The translations under genes and the position numbers were made by a program. The notes under the pieces are model-generated. The model saw only the letters and a program-made list of their open reading frames with translations. It did no database searches and was not told where the DNA came from. Of a stretch of DNA of 64,000 nt, positions 20,809 through 31,406 are shown in pieces. Each line of letters opens with the position of its first letter. Position 1 is the stretch's first letter. Location of the stretch: assembly GCA_964632315.1 (NCBI GenBank), contig CAZWEM010000002.1, positions 102,734-166,733 on the forward strand. Reading direction: 5' to 3'. The stretch comes from an uncultured archaeon (GTDB taxonomy: Archaea; Asgardarchaeota; Lokiarchaeia; Sigyniarchaeales; SOKP01).

Positions 20809-21621
20809 TTGATAGTTGTGATCAAAATGAAAAATAATGTAATGATCTCTGTTAGAGATTTGAAGAAATTCTTCGGAGAAGTAAAAGCTGTAAATGGAAT
20901 TTCTTTTGATGTGTATAAAGGTGAGGTTTTTGGTCTTTTAGGACCAAATGGAGCCGGTAAAACAACCACTATCAAGCTTTTACTTGGTTTATTAGAACCG
21001 AATGAGGGTGAAATCGAAGTATTAGGACTTGATCCAGAGAGGGATGAAATAAAAATAAAAAGTAGGGTGGGGTACGTTTCAGAGGAACCCTTGATATTCA
21101 AATCACTGACTCCTAAAGATTTGTTTAATTTTATTGCTTCAATAAGGCAATTAGACCCTATAGAGGCTTCCGAAAAAGCCTATGAATACATGGAAAGTTT
21201 AGGAGCATTGGATTATTACCAACAACTCATTGCAACTTTATCTCATGGCAATAAGCAAAAGATCCAGGTAATTGCAGCAATATTACATGACCCTGATTTA
21301 TTAATCTTGGATGAACCTTTAGCTGGATTAGATGCTAAATCGGTAAAAGTAATGAAAGAAATTTTAGATATTCATCTCGAGAAGGGAGGAGCTGTGTTAT
21401 TTTCAACTCACATAATGGAAGTTGCTCAAGAATTGTGCGATCGAATTGGTATCATAAACAATGGAAAATTAGTTGGAATAGGTACAATAGATGAATTAAG
21501 AACTCAAGCGGATAAAATTGGAGCGAACTTAGAGGATGTCTTCCTTAGATTAACAGAACAAGATAAGTCTGTTGAAGAAATTGTGAAAAGGTTACGAAAG
21601 TCTTTCAATAATAAGAGATAA
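20809..21621 (+). CDS. ABC exporter ATP-binding protein (start may be ATG 20827)
   Basis: GPNGAGKTT, LSHGNKQK, LILDEP, STH. Confidence 0.93.
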   Translation: MIVVIKMKNNVMISVRDLKKFFGEVKAVNGISFDVYKGEVFGLLGPNGAGKTTTIKLLLGLLEPNEGEIEVLGLDPERDEIKIKSRVGYVSEEPLIFKSLTPKDLFNFIASIRQLDPIEASEKAYEYMESLGALDYYQQLIATLSHGNKQKIQVIAAILHDPDLLILDEPLAGLDAKSVKVMKEILDIHLEKGGAVLFSTHIMEVAQELCDRIGIINNGKLVGIGTIDELRTQADKIGANLEDVFLRLTEQDKSVEEIVKRLRKSFNNKR

Positions 21622-21635
21622 AGGTAAGGTTACTA

Positions 21636-24284
21636 ATGTCTAAGCAAAAATTGAGCCTATTTAAATTAGCAAAATATACCAACCTCGAAGTTGTCATGGA
21701 GGCGCAAGTCCAATCAACAGGTGCGAACCAAACGAGATTAATGGAAAAATACAAAAAAAATAAAAATAGTATAAAAAATCAAGCGATAGCATTAAAGATT
21801 GCATATGGATTTTTATTAACGTTTATTGTTGTCTTGCCTATCGTTGCATATTTTCAACTTATTGAATATTTCTCTACTGGATCAACTGAAGTAAATGCTG
21901 GCTTGTTTGCAGCAACCATCATTTTCGCTATTTTCTTTGCGATGCAAATCGGATATTTATTAATATTAGGTTTACTAAATATTTCAGCTTTAATGACAGG
22001 AGAGGCATTTCGTTGGTTTGAAACTTTACCAATATCAGAAAATAAGTTAAACAAATTAGGATTCCTTACAGTATTTCGTAATATTGATGTGGGATTAATA
22101 TTACTCGCACTGGCCTTTCCTATAGTAATGGTAATCATCACCCAAAACCTATTGTTTTTTGTTATTAGTATTTTTATATCACTGATCAATGTTTTCTTTG
22201 CATTTAGTATATTAATCATAGTTGGAGAGAGAATCAGTCGGATATTTAGGGTTCAAGAGGTCAACTCCAAAAGAGCTACTCTAATCCGCCTAATCACAAT
22301 GATTGGCTATTTTATTCTTGTTTTTAGCATGTCATTATTCCTAAATTTGGCAATTGCAATTGTAGATAATTTATTCGTCGCCGTCTCTACAATTGAGAAT
22401 CTTCAAGAATTAAATTTAATTTTCAGTTTAATTCCCTTCCCATTTTCTTCCAGCTATATTTTGGCAATGACTCTTGATCCTGGAAGATTTTCAATGATGC
22501 AATGGATGTTATCTGTCATTGGACTTCTCCTATATTGTGGAATTACATGGTTTGTATATAAAAAAGCAGTGAAATCTATGCGAACTGTCACCATGTCTTC
22601 TACATTAGAAATTAAAAGCGGAAGAACGAGTGAAGTAGAACGATTAGATGTTGTTATAGAAACTAGATCTCCAATATTGGCATACATTCGCAAGGATCTT
22701 TCAGTCGCAACAAAAGACATTCAAATGCTAATGTTTATTTTAATGCCCATCATTCTCCCGACGATAATGGTTGTTACAATTATGGGGACTGCAGGGGCCG
22801 AGATTGGTGGAGAATTTTTAGTTCTCTGGACAATCGTGACAATATATTTTCCTGTTATTGCTTTAATGTTAATAGCAGGATTTTTAAACGTGGAAGATTC
22901 TGGAGCCTCAATTCTGGCTTCTCTGCCCTTGAATCCCCGAGATCAAATGAAAGCAAAAATGATCATGATGTTAACAATTACCACCATTTCTTACATTTTA
23001 CCAGTTTTTATAATGCTTTTCAATCCCGCGCTTTCCGATTATACAGGGTTATTCATTTCATGGTATCCAATAGTCTTAATGTTTTTGATGATCGGATTCC
23101 AAATGAAACTTCGATTATTCGGAAGGATGAAATATAAATATGTTTTAGAAGAAGTAAATGCTGAACATAAAACGTGGAAATGGATCTTTATTGGGAGTGT
23201 CGAATTCATAGTTTGTATCGCATTTATGATACTTGGTGTAATGTTAAATTTATTGTTCGGAATATTCGTGATGACTGTAGCTTTATTGGGAATGAGTTTA
23301 GGATCTTTAGCAATTTTATACGTTACCCTTAACTTAATGTTTCCAAAAAAACCAGGTTCAAAAAAAACATTAGGAATTAGAGGTACGCTTCGAGAACATC
23401 CATTATTAGGAACCTTTGTATTATTAGTGATATATTTTGCATTCTTTTTTATTACGGATTTTGCTCTTTTACCGTTTTTACCACTTTTGCAATTGCTTCC
23501 ATATACTTACGTTTTAATTTTTAATTTTTGCTTTCAATTCGGTTTTATGGCACTCCTTTGGTTTTATATTGTACCAAAAGGATTGAGACTACCTAACGAT
23601 GATAGTAAATTTTCAGGTTTTTTAAAATCTATTAAACTATCAAACAAGAACCATCTTATTAGGAATGTTGTAATCGGATTACTTGCTTCCGCATCATTTT
23701 TCTTAAGCGTAACTATATTTGGCAACATTTTTGGGGAGCCAATTTATGATTTAGGTGTCCTCGTAGGAAACCCCAGATCTTCTGAAGCTTATTTTGGCTT
23801 TGGATGGTTTCTATTTATTTTGATGTTAATTCCGGGCATTTGGGAAGAAACATCATTTAGAGGAGTAATAACTTCTCTTAATGAAAGAAAATACTCGAAA
23901 AGATCTGTTTTGATTTTTGTATCCTTTCTTTTTGGTGCCTTTCACCTAACAAATTTAATAGGAGCACAGTTAACCGCTCAAACTAGTCCCACGTGGCTTC
24001 CATTTTGGTGGCTTCCTACAATTCTTCAAACATTTTACGCTTCGATGTTAGGATTGGTTTTTGGATATATGGTTTTGAGAACAGGTAGTTTGATCCCAGC
24101 AATAATCACTCACTACTTAATTGATTCCGTAGGACAGTTTTTCTTAATAATTAATTTCAATAATAATATAATTTCATATATATGGTTTGACCTTATAGGT
24201 GTCGGTATTTTTCCTGCTGTTGTTGGAATTTTTTTAGTCTGGATTCTAACAAAATCAAAATCCCCGGAAGAACTTTTAAAATAA
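21636..24284 (+). CDS. Multi-TM ABC exporter permease fused to a C-terminal CPBP (Abi/CAAX) intramembrane protease domain
   Basis: About 14 N-terminal TM helices; C-terminal WEETSFRG, FGAFH, AIITHYLID motifs. Confidence 0.8.
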   Translation: MSKQKLSLFKLAKYTNLEVVMEAQVQSTGANQTRLMEKYKKNKNSIKNQAIALKIAYGFLLTFIVVLPIVAYFQLIEYFSTGSTEVNAGLFAATIIFAIFFAMQIGYLLILGLLNISALMTGEAFRWFETLPISENKLNKLGFLTVFRNIDVGLILLALAFPIVMVIITQNLLFFVISIFISLINVFFAFSILIIVGERISRIFRVQEVNSKRATLIRLITMIGYFILVFSMSLFLNLAIAIVDNLFVAVSTIENLQELNLIFSLIPFPFSSSYILAMTLDPGRFSMMQWMLSVIGLLLYCGITWFVYKKAVKSMRTVTMSSTLEIKSGRTSEVERLDVVIETRSPILAYIRKDLSVATKDIQMLMFILMPIILPTIMVVTIMGTAGAEIGGEFLVLWTIVTIYFPVIALMLIAGFLNVEDSGASILASLPLNPRDQMKAKMIMMLTITTISYILPVFIMLFNPALSDYTGLFISWYPIVLMFLMIGFQMKLRLFGRMKYKYVLEEVNAEHKTWKWIFIGSVEFIVCIAFMILGVMLNLLFGIFVMTVALLGMSLGSLAILYVTLNLMFPKKPGSKKTLGIRGTLREHPLLGTFVLLVIYFAFFFITDFALLPFLPLLQLLPYTYVLIFNFCFQFGFMALLWFYIVPKGLRLPNDDSKFSGFLKSIKLSNKNHLIRNVVIGLLASASFFLSVTIFGNIFGEPIYDLGVLVGNPRSSEAYFGFGWFLFILMLIPGIWEETSFRGVITSLNERKYSKRSVLIFVSFLFGAFHLTNLIGAQLTAQTSPTWLPFWWLPTILQTFYASMLGLVFGYMVLRTGSLIPAIITHYLIDSVGQFFLIINFNNNIISYIWFDLIGVGIFPAVVGIFLVWILTKSKSPEELLK

Positions 24285-24303
24285 GCAACAAATTCTCATT
24301 TTT

Positions 24304-25578
24304 TTATATTTTTATATATGCTAAACATAATCTTAAAACCTTTTCTAAGGCTCCTTTCTGTATTTTATCAGTCGTATCTGTAGATTGGTGATAGAATTTG
24401 ATCATTTCCCTGAGATCCATAGCACTAATATTAGCTGAGTGAATTTTTGCTTTTGAAAATGATGTTGCGTCAGTACCACCAGAGATCTGTCCGAACAATT
24501 TACTTATTCCTTTTTGTCCTCCTAATGAGGAATGGAGGACTTTTTCCCCAATTAAGGAAGCAGATTCTTTTAATTTACTAATAACTTGTTGAGAATGGTG
24601 TGTTCTTGTTGAGGGCTCATAATCAATAAGAGTTATGTTATTTACTGCTTGAATAGCATCCATATTGACGCATTCTGAATTTTTAGCGATGAGTTCATCA
24701 TGGTGTGCTTGCACATATCTTCGTGACCCTCTTAAACCTGCTTCTTCACAACCAAAAGAAATTAATCGTATTTCTGTATTAGGAGGGATAAAACTTTGAT
24801 TCTTTTTCAGATATCGAGCAATCCCGATTAGTATCGCCACAGCACTAAGGTTATCAACAGCACCAGGGACTTTATTAGCTTTCTCACCTCGAGACACAAA
24901 AAAAAGCATACCTATAAAGGAAGGTATTGAAATAATGAAAAGTATTAATGATATAAGATATAATGTATTAGGGATTAAAAATCCGATTAATGAGATTATT
25001 AAAAAGACAAACGAGAGGAAAGACCATAAGAATAATCCTAATAACCCAATTAAGATTAAAATAACATAACCAATTTTTAGACGCTTTAACAAATTAAATT
25101 CTAAAGCGCTATCATGATGTCCTGAGAATATTAGCAAGTTTTCTGAATCTTCTTTGGCATTAAATTTACCAATTACATTTTGAGATTTTTTTTCTTTGAA
25201 TAAGGGATCGATAAACTCCCGATAATTGAAAAATTCATTCCACAAAATAAGATCAGCAAAAATGTTAAGAGAGAAGCTTACTATGATTAATATTTGTCCT
25301 ATCAGGGTTAAATTTCCTTGGAATGATAAAAAGAACAAGAAGAATGAAATTAAAGTCATAAAGACGATAACCTTTATGAATCCAAGGAATGCCCTGGGAT
25401 GACAAGTGAAAACTTCTATTTGAGAATCATCAGATAAATCATTAAATTCTCGTTTAATCATTTGAGCAGCTTTCTTTTCCTGAATACTACAGGGCATTCG
25501 AGGCCCACATTCATTAATTATTTTTTCAATAAAACCATACATATATTTAGAGTCTTCTTCTGATAATTCAATCTCCAT
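24304..25578 (-). CDS. Membrane-embedded M28 family zinc peptidase (start likely ATG 25578)
   Basis: GHHDS, GAVDNLS, GCEEAG, NMD, TDA, YHQSTD; inserted TM hairpins. Confidence 0.85.
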   Translation of the reverse strand: MEIELSEEDSKYMYGFIEKIINECGPRMPCSIQEKKAAQMIKREFNDLSDDSQIEVFTCHPRAFLGFIKVIVFMTLISFFLFFLSFQGNLTLIGQILIIVSFSLNIFADLILWNEFFNYREFIDPLFKEKKSQNVIGKFNAKEDSENLLIFSGHHDSALEFNLLKRLKIGYVILILIGLLGLFLWSFLSFVFLIISLIGFLIPNTLYLISLILFIISIPSFIGMLFFVSRGEKANKVPGAVDNLSAVAILIGIARYLKKNQSFIPPNTEIRLISFGCEEAGLRGSRRYVQAHHDELIAKNSECVNMDAIQAVNNITLIDYEPSTRTHHSQQVISKLKESASLIGEKVLHSSLGGQKGISKLFGQISGGTDATSFSKAKIHSANISAMDLREMIKFYHQSTDTTDKIQKGALEKVLRLCLAYIKI

Positions 25579-25588
25579 ATTTATCACC

Positions 25589-26869
25589 TCAATGTTCTAA
25601 ATTTTCATTTTTTATGAAGTTTAAGCATATTTTTAAAGCATTTTCCAAAGTCCCTTTTTTTATCTTATCAAAAGTGTCTTCACTTTGATGATAGTAGCTG
25701 GATCTTGTTTTCCAGTCTGCGGAGTTTAAAAAGGTGGCTTTTATTCCTGCTTTTGAAAATGCTGCAGCATCTGATCCTCCAGATAATCTCCCAAGGGTTT
25801 TCTCTAATTTCCCACTTCCAAGTTTTTTAACATCAATATTAGCACTTTTGGCTGCTTCCAAGATCTTATTCACCATTTCTCGTGAGTGCCAAGTTCTAGT
25901 TGTAGGTTCATATTCAATGACATAAAATTTATCTGGAGTTTCCAAACCGTCTAAATTTAAGATATAAGTTTCAAATTTCTTTAACTCGTCAAGATGTGAA
26001 GATACATATCTATAAGATCCTCTTAAACCCGCTTCTTCGCATCCAAAAGATATCAATCTAATCTCTGAATCCTTAGGAATTAAATTTCGGTTCACATTTA
26101 AGAAACGAGAAATTCCAACCAAAACAGCGCATCCACTCAAATTGTCAACTGCTCCAGGAACAACATTCCCTCTATCTCCAATGGGAACGAAGAAAAATAA
26201 CGCAATAAAAAATGGTGAACCTATTATCAACGTCCACATACTAATTCCAAAAAAGATGCTATTTAATGTATAAAATCCGATAACCATGATTATTAAATAA
26301 ATAAAACTTATAACAGTCCAAAACAAGAGTATCAAAATTCCAGTAAAAGCTACAATTAAAAAACCCCATCGAAGTATTTTTAGAAGATTAAATTGGAGAG
26401 CAGTATCAATATGAGCCGAAATTATTATAATTTTTTGTCTTTCTCCATTTTTAAAAGTACCAATAACATTTTGAGAATTCTTTTTACGAAAGAGAGGATC
26501 TATGAACTCGTTATAATTGAAAAACTCTTCCCACATTATTTCAATAGCAATAATAACCAGAGAAAATGAAATTATAGTTAAAATGATAATCCAATAAATG
26601 AGTGTAATAACGGATGAAATTATTATTCCAATAATCGATAAAACCAACATTATCATTATTACCCGGATCCACCCTAAAAAAGCTTTAGGATGGCATATAA
26701 AGGATTCAACATGTGCCTCATCACATGTTTTTTCAAATTGCCGTTTTATAATTTCCGAGCCTTTAGCTTCCTGTTCGCTACATGGCATCCTCGGTCCACA
26801 TTGTAGTATAATATCTGTTACCAAATTATACATGTAATCCGAATCAGTCTTAGATATTTCTAGTCCCAA
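25589..26869 (-). CDS. Membrane-embedded M28 family zinc peptidase, tandem paralog
   Basis: AHIDT, GAVDNLSG, GCEEAG, NLD, SDA, YHQSED. Confidence 0.85.
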   Translation of the reverse strand: MGLEISKTDSDYMYNLVTDIILQCGPRMPCSEQEAKGSEIIKRQFEKTCDEAHVESFICHPKAFLGWIRVIMIMLVLSIIGIIISSVITLIYWIIILTIISFSLVIIAIEIMWEEFFNYNEFIDPLFRKKNSQNVIGTFKNGERQKIIIISAHIDTALQFNLLKILRWGFLIVAFTGILILLFWTVISFIYLIIMVIGFYTLNSIFFGISMWTLIIGSPFFIALFFFVPIGDRGNVVPGAVDNLSGCAVLVGISRFLNVNRNLIPKDSEIRLISFGCEEAGLRGSYRYVSSHLDELKKFETYILNLDGLETPDKFYVIEYEPTTRTWHSREMVNKILEAAKSANIDVKKLGSGKLEKTLGRLSGGSDAAAFSKAGIKATFLNSADWKTRSSYYHQSEDTFDKIKKGTLENALKICLNFIKNENLEH

Positions 26870-27032
26870 TAATTTTTACCAAAAAATGATTAATTGTTTT
26901 ATTATTATTTTTTGAACTTATAAAAATAGATTTATTAGATAGTTCTTAACTATTCATTTTTTTATGTTTATGATCAAATTAAAATAGGATTTCTATTACT
27001 TGATAGTCAGAATCATTATTTCATGATTTTTT

Positions 27033-27857
27033 ATGGCGGAATTGTATAGGAATATTGAAGTAACTTGTCCCGTTTGTCAGGTTGTTAAAGAAATAAAAAT
27101 TCCTAATCTCATTTTTGATCAAAAAAGATTTGGTACGGTAAAAATACAAGTTCCTCAAGGTGGTGTTTGTGGTGATCATCAATTCATTGTATTTATTGAT
27201 ACTAAGGGGATTATAAGAGGCTATGAAAAGATTGATCTGATTCTAAAAAACCTTGAAACAACTGAAAAATTCGCTTTACAGTTATTAATCAAGATATTTG
27301 GATTGTATGGTTTATTTTCTTTGTTACATGCTAAGATTTTTGATTATAATACATTGATTATATGCAATAAAAATATAGAAGTAGAACCAGAAGTCATAAA
27401 TAAATTTGGAGAGGAATTACTTCCGGAAAATTACAGAGGGGCAAATAGTTTCAATTTCACTCAAGAGGCAGATTATGATAAAATAAAGAAAGTAAAAGAT
27501 AAACTAGTCATTGATAATTTTCAAAACATATTACAGACTCCTTGGAACAAAAAATTGAAATTTGAAGAAGAAATTGTTCAAGATGCATTAAAGGTGTTAC
27601 ATGAAGATGAACAGCTTGCTAATATCAAAAAGCAAATAGAGCAATTTGTGAAGGAAGTGGAATTTGTAAAGAATGTAATTGAAAAGAAAGAAATGATAGA
27701 AGATGATCTCATCCAAATGATTTCTAGTGAATTTTTGGTTTCAAAGGGAAGCCGCTATCGAATTCGGTTAATTAAAGAATTTATTGAAAGGCGTATTTCT
27801 AGAAAATTGGCTCAAAGAATCAAAAATAAAGTCGAAGATTTTCTTAATTCTCTATAA
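27033..27857 (+). CDS. Hypothetical protein with N-terminal CPxC...CxH zinc-binding domain
   Basis: TCPVC..KEIKIP...CGDHQF..FID....IRGYEKID, shared with the ORF ending at 57946. Confidence 0.75.
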   Translation: MAELYRNIEVTCPVCQVVKEIKIPNLIFDQKRFGTVKIQVPQGGVCGDHQFIVFIDTKGIIRGYEKIDLILKNLETTEKFALQLLIKIFGLYGLFSLLHAKIFDYNTLIICNKNIEVEPEVINKFGEELLPENYRGANSFNFTQEADYDKIKKVKDKLVIDNFQNILQTPWNKKLKFEEEIVQDALKVLHEDEQLANIKKQIEQFVKEVEFVKNVIEKKEMIEDDLIQMISSEFLVSKGSRYRIRLIKEFIERRISRKLAQRIKNKVEDFLNSL

Positions 27858-27944
27858 AGCATTCGATAAATTGTTAAGAAAAAAGTAAAATAAGATCAAA
27901 TCCTTTTAAGCTAAATCAATAATAATATAAAATTGTGATTTGAT

Positions 27945-28727
27945 ATGGATTGGGGAATGCAAAACCGATTATCTCGAATTATTAAGCCCAAATCTGGGAA
28001 ATGCGTGATGCTAGCAGTAGATCATGGTTATTTTGGAAATGTTCCTGGAACTTTAAAATGTTTTGGTGATCTAAACCCGTTATTTGAATATGCTGATGCC
28101 CTAATGCTTACTAGAGGAATGTTAAGAAGCTGTGTTTCTCCTGATTTCAACATTCCAATCGTATTGAGAGTATCTGCTGGAGCGAGCATGTTAAAAGAAC
28201 TTTCTAATGAAGAAATCAACGTCACGATCGAAGATGCTATTAGATTAAACGTTTCTGCTATAACGTGTTCTATTTTCGTGGGGGGAGAATTTGAAAAACA
28301 AAGTTTAATGAATCTCTCTAAATTAGTCAATTGGGGTCAAGAGTATGGAATACCCACATTAGCTGTTACGGCTGTTGGAAGAGAAATGGCAAGAGACGAT
28401 CGATATTTAGGAATGGCAAGCCGGATGGCTGCTGAAATGGGGGCGACGTTTGTTAAAACATATTATTGTGAAAATTTTGAGAACGTGACAAGTATTTGTC
28501 CAGTTCCAATTGTGATCGCTGGCGGAAAAAAGACCCCAGAGCGAGATGCTCTGCAGATGGCTAAGAATGCAATAAATGCTGGAGCCGTTGGAGTAGATAT
28601 GGGTCGAAATATTTTTCAATCAGATAAACCTATTGGAATGATTCGGGCAGTAAGAGAGATAGTTCATAATAATGCAAGCGTAGATGAAGCATTCGAAATA
28701 TACCAAAATGGACCATTAGGGTTATAA
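27945..28727 (+). CDS. lsrF: LsrF-type thiolase / class I aldolase (DhnA family)
   Basis: MDWGMQNRLSRII, MLAVDHGYF, TRGMLR, VKTYY, AGGKK, GVDMGRNIFQ. Confidence 0.88.
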   Translation: MDWGMQNRLSRIIKPKSGKCVMLAVDHGYFGNVPGTLKCFGDLNPLFEYADALMLTRGMLRSCVSPDFNIPIVLRVSAGASMLKELSNEEINVTIEDAIRLNVSAITCSIFVGGEFEKQSLMNLSKLVNWGQEYGIPTLAVTAVGREMARDDRYLGMASRMAAEMGATFVKTYYCENFENVTSICPVPIVIAGGKKTPERDALQMAKNAINAGAVGVDMGRNIFQSDKPIGMIRAVREIVHNNASVDEAFEIYQNGPLGL

Positions 28728-28809
28728 CATTAATTCTTATCCTTTTTATTTTTACATTTAAATCCCTTAAAGCAAACTTAATTAGGGCACAATATTTTTA
28801 AAAGTAAGA

Positions 28810-29763
28810 ATGAAAATTCCCAAAATCGATAATCTTAAGATCACTGAAGTAACTAATGATTTATGGTTGATTCATCAAATAAAACCACCATATTATTTTT
28901 CTTGTTGTGATGGCTTAATAATTTTACCTATGGAAAGAAATGAAAATCCCATTATACTAGATTTAAATATTGAGCCCAAATTCGTGATTAAAATTTGCAA
29001 GGGTGTTGGTATTCCTAGTCATTATATTTGTACACACGGACACATGGATCACATAGCACACGTGCATCAATGGGAAAAGTTAGGGGTAAAAATTCTTGCT
29101 CCTTATCCAGAGCATAAGTACTTATTGGATCTTGAGAAATTTTTTACTGGATTCGGCTGGAATGAATCAATGGATTTTTCATTTATCGAGAAATTCGCCA
29201 AATTAAATGAATATCAATCATGCACCGATGTCACTCCATTCTCACCGGGTTCATCCCTCAAAATCGATGATAGTACAATTGAAACGATTCCTTTATTTGG
29301 GCATTCTAAAGCTCATACCGGTTTTTTCTTACCAAAACAAAAAGTATTACACATAAGCTGTTTAGGTTTTGACCAGTTAGAACCAGGATTGAATGGTTTT
29401 GGACCTTGGTATGGTTTTGAAGAATGTTCAATTGAGCAATATCTCAAAGATATAGAATTAACTGAAAGGATTTTTAGGGAAAAATCTGATTTTTTGACAT
29501 CAAGCCACTCTTATGTGGTAAATCGCCCAGATTTTAGTCCTTTTGAATACATGAAAAACAAGATTAAAAACAATCAAATAATGGTTGATCAAGCGATTCT
29601 TTCATTAAAAGAAAAGAATTTACCAATTAATATGAATAACTTATTAGATCTGGATATTTTCTTCCCAAAAAAGAAAATGGATAGTTTTCGAAAAAGCATA
29701 TGGAGTTTTTGGGAGAGTAAAATGCTTGAAAAGCATTTAGAAAGGAGTGAACATGTTAATTAA
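28810..29763 (+). CDS. Metallo-beta-lactamase fold hydrolase
   Basis: THGHMDH, GHS..H, SSH. Confidence 0.8.
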   Translation: MKIPKIDNLKITEVTNDLWLIHQIKPPYYFSCCDGLIILPMERNENPIILDLNIEPKFVIKICKGVGIPSHYICTHGHMDHIAHVHQWEKLGVKILAPYPEHKYLLDLEKFFTGFGWNESMDFSFIEKFAKLNEYQSCTDVTPFSPGSSLKIDDSTIETIPLFGHSKAHTGFFLPKQKVLHISCLGFDQLEPGLNGFGPWYGFEECSIEQYLKDIELTERIFREKSDFLTSSHSYVVNRPDFSPFEYMKNKIKNNQIMVDQAILSLKEKNLPINMNNLLDLDIFFPKKKMDSFRKSIWSFWESKMLEKHLERSEHVN

Positions 29764-29764
29764 A

Positions 29765-30808
29765 TCACTCAAGGTCAATAATTACTTTTAATGATTCATT
29801 TGCTTCACAAACTACTTCAAAAGCTTCTTTGGCTCTTTCAATAGGAAATCTATGAGTGATCAACTCTCTAACATTTATTCTTTTAGCAAGGATCCAAGTG
29901 TAAGATTCTTGCAAATCTTCTGGAGCTGCTCCATATGAGGTCATCAAAGTGATCTCATTCCTCCAATAGTCGTTTATTGGGACCTCTAACATCACACCCG
30001 GTTTTGGAACTGCAAAAAATATGATCGTACCTCCGGATGAAACGCATTCAAGAGCTTGTTTTGCAGCGGATAAAGCACCAGTACACACAATCGCTACGTC
30101 AGCCAGTCTATTATTATTTTTCTCTCTAATCTGGGCAGGCACATTTTCACTAGCATGAAATACGGCGTCTGCACCAAATTCTTTAGCCTTTTGGATCCTA
30201 TAGTCATTAATATCTGTTGCGAAAATCTTTTCTGCCCCTCTTAACCTTGCTAATTGAATATGTAATATTCCAGATACTCCACTTCCTATAATTAAAACAG
30301 TTAATCCCTTCTTAATATGTGCAAGTCTTTGAGCACGGCATACACAACCTAACGGTTCAATCAATACTCCTTCTTCATAAGAGACGGAATTATCTAAAGT
30401 TATTACTCCTCTCTTTTGAATATTTATTTCTGGAATTCGCACATATTCAGCAAATCCTCCAGGGTCAAAATTAGTATTGTGGAGTAAATCGCAAGCTGTA
30501 TGATGCCCTTGTCGACAGAAATGACATTCAAAACAGGGAACGTGGTGTGAAACAAACACTCGATCCCCTAGTTTAAATCGTTTTACCTCACTACCAACTT
30601 CTACGATGTCTCCTGCAATTTCATGGCCTAATATTAAATTGTCTACTCCTAATTTTTTCATTTTCGCAAATCGATAATATTCCAAAATATCTGATCCGCA
30701 AATGCCCGATTTTCTTATTTTTACAAGCAATTCTCCAGAGTTAATCTTAGGTTTTTCAATTTCATCAATTCTTATATCTTGATTGCTGTAGTATCTTGCT
30801 ACTTTCAC
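29765..30808 (-). CDS. Zn-dependent medium-chain (sorbitol/L-iditol-type) dehydrogenase
   Basis: GICGSD, GHE, CFECHFC...C, EPLGC, GSGVSG. Confidence 0.9.
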   Translation of the reverse strand: MKVARYYSNQDIRIDEIEKPKINSGELLVKIRKSGICGSDILEYYRFAKMKKLGVDNLILGHEIAGDIVEVGSEVKRFKLGDRVFVSHHVPCFECHFCRQGHHTACDLLHNTNFDPGGFAEYVRIPEINIQKRGVITLDNSVSYEEGVLIEPLGCVCRAQRLAHIKKGLTVLIIGSGVSGILHIQLARLRGAEKIFATDINDYRIQKAKEFGADAVFHASENVPAQIREKNNNRLADVAIVCTGALSAAKQALECVSSGGTIIFFAVPKPGVMLEVPINDYWRNEITLMTSYGAAPEDLQESYTWILAKRINVRELITHRFPIERAKEAFEVVCEANESLKVIIDLE

Positions 30809-30916
30809 AATATCACCTATTTTTTCAAAAATTGCTATTATAATTCATAATTCGGCATCTATAAATTTATCTTTTTATTCAATTATACAATGAAATTAAT
30901 TATAGAATGAAATTAA

Positions 30917-31381
30917 ATGGTCGAAATAAATAAAGATCTTTTAGCTCCTTGTGGTTTATATTGTGGGGTTTGCTCAATTTATATCGCTCATAGGGATAAT
31001 AATCAAAAATTCAAAGAAAAATTAATGAAAGTATATAAACCTTTTGTAAAAACTGTAGATGACATTGCTTGTACGGGATGCTTATCAGAAGGAGTTGTTT
31101 TTCCTATTTGCCGTGTCTGTTCAATTAAAAAATGTTGTAACAAGAAAGGAATTGAAGGATGTTACCAATGTGATGAATTTCCCTGTGAATATATTAATAA
31201 CTTTCCAATTGAAGTTGGAAAAAGAGTAATCATGCGTACAATACCAACTTGGCGCGAGATTGGAACAGAAAGGTTTGTCGCAGAAGAGGAACGAAGATAT
31301 CATTGTCCAAATTGTGGAAATCCCTTATTTCGTGGTGCAAAACGTTGTAATAAATGTGGAATCGAAGTAAATGTAGATTAA
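30917..31381 (+). CDS. DUF3795-type cysteine-rich protein with C-terminal zinc ribbon
   Basis: APCGLYCGVC, CTGC, C.IKKC, CYQCDEFPC, CPNCG..CNKC. Confidence 0.8.
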   Translation: MVEINKDLLAPCGLYCGVCSIYIAHRDNNQKFKEKLMKVYKPFVKTVDDIACTGCLSEGVVFPICRVCSIKKCCNKKGIEGCYQCDEFPCEYINNFPIEVGKRVIMRTIPTWREIGTERFVAEEERRYHCPNCGNPLFRGAKRCNKCGIEVNVD

Positions 31382-31406
31382 ACAAAAAAAATAAAAAAAA
31401 AGTAAC

